DNA of 38,353 bases from Gemmatimonadota bacterium (GTDB lineage Bacteria > Gemmatimonadota > Gemmatimonadetes > Palauibacterales > Palauibacteraceae). Location of the stretch: assembly GCA_039656095.1 (NCBI GenBank), contig JBDHMQ010000001.1:1-38353 (forward strand), in the 5' to 3' direction. The notes under the pieces are model-generated. The model saw nothing but the letters and a program-made list of their open reading frames with translations, was not told where the DNA came from and did not search any database. Position numbers and translations under genes: made by a program. This document shows positions 34,817 to 38,353 of this stretch, piece after piece (position 1 is the first letter of the stretch; every line of letters starts with the position of its first letter).

Positions 34817-34919
34817 CGATCAGAGAACAGCCGCCCGCTTGCGTCCAGGCCGAGCGCCAACCCAATTACCAAGCCAGTTCGCCAGCGATTAGACCCTCGC
34901 CCGGTCAGAGAGTTTGACT

Positions 34920-36800
34920 ATGATCAGCCGAATTCCCTCGTTTGCCAGTATCGTTCTGTTATCGGGTTCCGTTGCCTGCTCGGCGCCCGCCCCGCAAACC
35001 CGGCCCGCTCCTACCGAGTACAGCGCTGAATTCCCGTCCACCTGGCGCTTCGATGCCGGCGCGGTGCCGGTACGAGCGGAGGGAGGAATGGTCGTTTCGA
35101 CAGACAGTTTTGCCACAGCGGCCGGTCTCGAGATCCTGAAGGCCGGGGGCAATGCCATCGACGCCGTCATCGCCACCTCATTCGCGCTCGCGGTCGTCAA
35201 CCCGGAAGCAGGGAATATCGGCGGTGGAGGGTTCATTGTCGGCCGGATGGCCGATGATACGAGGTTCGCACTCGACTATCGCGAGGAGGCACCAGGCGGT
35301 GCAACGACCGACATGTACGTGGATGAGAATGGACAGGTCACTGATGAAGGGCTCATTGGTCACCTCGCATCCGGTGTTCCGGGAACCGTGGCAGGCATGG
35401 GAGCTGCCTATGAAAGGTACGGAACGCTTCCGTGGACCCAGTTGGTAGAGCCTGCAATTCGGCTTGCACGCAACGGATTTGAGGTCGCCGATCGACACTA
35501 CGGTTCGATCCACTACAAACGGGAGCTCCTGGGCAGATTCCCGGCTTCGGCTGCAGTGTTCCTGGTGGACGGCGATGCGCCGGCCGTGGGATCCACACTG
35601 AAACAGCCCGACCTGGCCCGGACGCTTCAGGCAATTGCGGATGGCGGCGCGGCGGCCTTCTACGAGGGCTGGATCGCAGACTCCCTGGCCGCGGAGATGC
35701 GACGGGGTGGCGGGTTGATCAATCGAGCAGACCTGGCTGCCTACGAGGCCATATGGCGCGATCCCGTTGAGACCGTGTACCGGGGCTACGAGGTCATCTC
35801 AATGCCACCGGCTTCATCGGGGGGCACCACGCTCACCCAGATGCTTAACATCGTCGAGGGATTTGATCTCGGAGCCCTTGGCTGGCACTCGGCTGAGGCG
35901 ATTCACATCGCAGTGGAGGCGATGCGCCGGGCGTATGCGGACAGAAATTTCTACCTGGGCGACACCGACTTCGTTGAAGTCCCGCTTGAAAGGCTGACCT
36001 CCAAGGCCTACGCAGATTCTTTACGACAGTCGATCGATCTTTCCAAAGCATCTGTATCGGAGGACTTCAATCGGGTTCCGGTCGAGTCCGAAAACACGAC
36101 CCACTTTTCAGTTATCGATGCGGCCGGAAATGCGATGTCGGTTACTACCACACTGAATTCGGGATTCGGCTCAGGGATAGTCGTGCGCGGTGCAGGATTC
36201 GTCCTCAATAATGAGATGGATGACTTCACGTCGAAGGCGGGAGTCCCGAACCTGTATGGACTGGTCCAGGGCGAAGCGAACGCGATCTCCCCGGGAAAGC
36301 GGATGCTGTCTGCAATGACGCCGACGATCGTGATCAATCCGGCAGGACAGACGGAGCTCATCACGGGTACGCCGGGGGGTTCGACCATCATCACCACAAT
36401 TTTTCAGATCGTCACCAATCACATCGACTTCCAGATGCCTGTCCAGACGTCGGTCGATGCGCCGCGGTTCCACCACCAGCACCTACCCGATGTGATCAGG
36501 TTCGAAAATGGCGGTCTGCCTGATTCGGTAATCGCACAGTTAAGAACGCTTGGCCATGATGTTACGGAGCGGAGCGGAACCTCCGGCAATGTCGAGTCGA
36601 TCTACATCGCGCCGGATGGAACCCGGTTTGGTGGCGCTGACCCGCGTCGCGACAGTAAAGCTATGGGGCACAAGGAGCTTCCACCGGTGTCGGAGATCCC
36701 GGCGCATTCGCCGGAATCTCCGATGCTCGGTGAGTTGTATGTGACGTTAGATCTCGCGCCGAACCGTCAAAGGAATGTCCAGAGTCAACGTCATCGCTGA
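34920..36800 (+). CDS. ggt: Gamma-glutamyltranspeptidase
   Basis: Autoprocessing/nucleophile site ENTTHFSVIDAAGNAMSVTTTLNSGFGSG. Signal or lipoprotein-like N-terminus. ATG at 34920 (tracked TTG at 34914). Confidence 0.9.
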   Translation: MISRIPSFASIVLLSGSVACSAPAPQTRPAPTEYSAEFPSTWRFDAGAVPVRAEGGMVVSTDSFATAAGLEILKAGGNAIDAVIATSFALAVVNPEAGNIGGGGFIVGRMADDTRFALDYREEAPGGATTDMYVDENGQVTDEGLIGHLASGVPGTVAGMGAAYERYGTLPWTQLVEPAIRLARNGFEVADRHYGSIHYKRELLGRFPASAAVFLVDGDAPAVGSTLKQPDLARTLQAIADGGAAAFYEGWIADSLAAEMRRGGGLINRADLAAYEAIWRDPVETVYRGYEVISMPPASSGGTTLTQMLNIVEGFDLGALGWHSAEAIHIAVEAMRRAYADRNFYLGDTDFVEVPLERLTSKAYADSLRQSIDLSKASVSEDFNRVPVESENTTHFSVIDAAGNAMSVTTTLNSGFGSGIVVRGAGFVLNNEMDDFTSKAGVPNLYGLVQGEANAISPGKRMLSAMTPTIVINPAGQTELITGTPGGSTIITTIFQIVTNHIDFQMPVQTSVDAPRFHHQHLPDVIRFENGGLPDSVIAQLRTLGHDVTERSGTSGNVESIYIAPDGTRFGGADPRRDSKAMGHKELPPVSEIPAHSPESPMLGELYVTLDLAPNRQRNVQSQRHR

Positions 36801-37574
36801 TCCGCTATCCAGGATTGCGTCAGAATCAGCGGATCCAAGAATCAACGCGGAGCCCGCCGCCGCACCGACGACGCCACCGACGATCGTGCCGGTCTTGTTT
36901 CCGCCGATTACACGTCCGAGAATAGCACCTGCTGCGGCGCCAACACCGATTTTCCCGGCTTTCTCTGCCGTGTTGTCGCGGCCTTCCATCCTTGGATTGG
37001 CCTCGGCTACCGACATCGAAACGGGATAAGACTCGCCGTCCACCATGACATTGTCGAATTCGACATTTAGCACAGCTGCTTCGCCTGGTTCACCCGACTT
37101 CTGCACGGTCGCCACGTGGCCACTGATCCTGGTCCCTGCTGACAACGCGACGCGGTTTCCAACTACAACGGGGGCAGTCAACGTGACGGTGAATCGATCG
37201 CCCACCTGGCTGGTTTTCGTACTCAGTTCCTGGTCGAGTGTTACATGGACACTCGTCCCGCCGGCGACTGTCATGCTCTCATACTGGGGGCCAGGGTCAA
37301 CGGGTTCCGGCTCAGGCTCCGGCGCGGGGGGAGGGGCCTGCGTGCGCGGGAGCGGCTGGGATTGCGGCTGCTGAGCTTGCGGCTCGGGCTCAGGCTCCGG
37401 CTCTGATTCCGTCAATGCGGCATCGTCGAGCACAGCAAGTGAATCTTCGGCCATTGCCAGGTCCATTTCGCGATCAAGATCAGCCTGGTCGCTCGTGTCA
37501 CTGCCGCAGGCGGCCGCCACGATCACCAGCGAAATCACCATTATTTTGGAGAAATTTTTCCACATGTTGTTCAT
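36747..37574 (-). CDS. Lipoprotein with Glu/Pro-rich linker and C-terminal glycine-zipper domain
   Basis: The start was set at ATG 37574 (MNNMWKNFSKIMVISLVIVAAACGS, lipobox). (EP)n linkers. C-terminal GVGAAAGAILGRVIGGNKTGTIVGGVVGAAAGSAL glycine zipper. Confidence 0.5.
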   Translation of the reverse strand: MNNMWKNFSKIMVISLVIVAAACGSDTSDQADLDREMDLAMAEDSLAVLDDAALTESEPEPEPEPQAQQPQSQPLPRTQAPPPAPEPEPEPVDPGPQYESMTVAGGTSVHVTLDQELSTKTSQVGDRFTVTLTAPVVVGNRVALSAGTRISGHVATVQKSGEPGEAAVLNVEFDNVMVDGESYPVSMSVAEANPRMEGRDNTAEKAGKIGVGAAAGAILGRVIGGNKTGTIVGGVVGAAAGSALILGSADSDAILDSGSAMTLTLDIPLTVRREI

Positions 37575-37741
37575 CAGACTCTCTCTCGGGTAGAGTGTTA
37601 CAACACGGGAATTCGTTTGTATAGCCGCAAATTCGGGGACCAGTCCCGCACTGGTGCCCGCAAGCCTATAATAACCGACATGCTGAACCGATTGAAGGGT
37701 GCAACGATCGTGCCGAACAGGCACCGGCCTATACCTGAAAG

Positions 37742-38353
37742 ATGGGGAGTGAGCCCTTGAATCAGCTCCGCAGCCTGCTTCCCTACTACCGACCATATCT
37801 CAAGGGAGTGATAGCAGGTCTAGTACTCGTCATAATCAGCAATGTGTTCACCATCGCTGGACCTTTTCTACTCAAGCTGTCTGTCGATGCCATCTCGGCT
37901 TCTTTGTCTCGAGATGTAATCGTGCTTTACGCTCTGCTCATCGTCGCCGTTGCCGTTCTGTCAGGAATAACCCGATACGGGATGCGACAACTGCTCAACA
38001 GCATCAGTCGCCGCATTGAGACGGACCTGCGCAATGACCTGTTTGATCACCTCCTCCGTCTTCCGCCAGAGTTTTACGACCGCTGGCGTACGGGAGACCT
38101 GATGAGCCGCGCGACCAATGACGTACTTGCGGTGCGGCAGGTGGCCGGGCCGGCAATCATGTACCTGGTAAACACGGCCGCTGTCTCAGTGTTCGCCCTG
38201 GCTCTCATGATCTGGATCAGCCCTACGCTTACGGCGATCGCCATGATTCCGATGGTTCTTATTCCCCTGGCTGTCGTCTGGTTCGGATCCCGCATCCACT
38301 CGCGATTCGAACGAATTCAGGAGCAATTCTCGGAACTGAACAACTTTGCGCAA
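37742..38353 (+). CDS. ABC exporter, fused permease/ATPase type (MsbA/ABCB-like), 5' partial
   Basis: The frame is open from ATG 37742 (in-frame TGA at 37736) to the window end. It encodes LLPYYRPYLKGVIAGLVLVIISNVF...GDLMSRATNDVLAVRQ, typical of the ABC exporter TMD. It is absent from the ORF track because it runs off the end of the window. Confidence 0.8.
   Translation, partial: MGSEPLNQLRSLLPYYRPYLKGVIAGLVLVIISNVFTIAGPFLLKLSVDAISASLSRDVIVLYALLIVAVAVLSGITRYGMRQLLNSISRRIETDLRNDLFDHLLRLPPEFYDRWRTGDLMSRATNDVLAVRQVAGPAIMYLVNTAAVSVFALALMIWISPTLTAIAMIPMVLIPLAVVWFGSRIHSRFERIQEQFSELNNFAQ

Noticed and set aside
1-38353. Search for tRNA/rRNA genes, CRISPR repeats, IS elements, integrases and long direct or inverted repeats.
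   Set aside because: I saw no T-loop/acceptor-like tRNA signatures, no regularly spaced repeats and no transposase- or integrase-like ORFs. The only recurring element is the 50-bp promoter/operator reported in the findings.

Overview
The window is GC-rich, chromosomal and densely coding. It looks like a Gram-negative-type bacterium that uses sigma70-like promoters and Shine-Dalgarno sites. Most genes lie on the minus strand in long chains, many joined by 1-4 nt stop/start overlaps. I found no rRNA, tRNA, CRISPR array, transposase or integrase, and no obvious defence island.

Contents, left to right:
- An ECF-type envelope-stress module: a ZAS anti-sigma factor, a bactofilin-like polytopic membrane protein and a toastrack/DUF4097-like protein.
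- A MATE exporter.
- A thiol/Fe-S trio: ApbC/Mrp, an Nfu-like protein and a YpdA-type flavoprotein.
- A penicillin/AHL-acylase family Ntn-hydrolase, preceded by a STAS-GHKL ATPase plus STAS(DUF4325)-wHTH pair.
- PfkB kinase, ROK glucokinase and a GT9 heptosyltransferase.
- lepA, an MBL hydrolase and pyruvate kinase.
- A long-tailed cold-shock protein and rpsU.
- A class IV aminotransferase, an MBL hydrolase and ispG.
- An NTF2-like secreted protein, a ZIP transporter and the class II ribonucleotide reductase nrdJ.
- A five-gene translationally coupled peptidoglycan-recycling operon: anmK, nagZ, an SSS transporter, an Amidase_3 lipoprotein and a gamma-CA-like protein.
- ggt, a glycine-zipper lipoprotein and the 5' part of an ABC exporter gene.

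The most notable non-obvious signal is a composite promoter/operator that occurs three times on the minus strand. Each copy is TTGACC, a 17-18 nt spacer and a -10 element, with two 16-bp NrdR-box-like palindromes 31-32 bp apart. One copy is where expected, upstream of nrdJ. The other two precede orphan small ORFs followed by GC hairpins, upstream of pyk and ispG. Each copy sits about 180-210 nt upstream of the first start codon.

Secondary leads:
- A sigma-less partner-switching-like module coupled to the acylase and ypdA.
- An SSS-family transporter embedded in the muropeptide recycling operon, where an AmpG-type permease would be expected.
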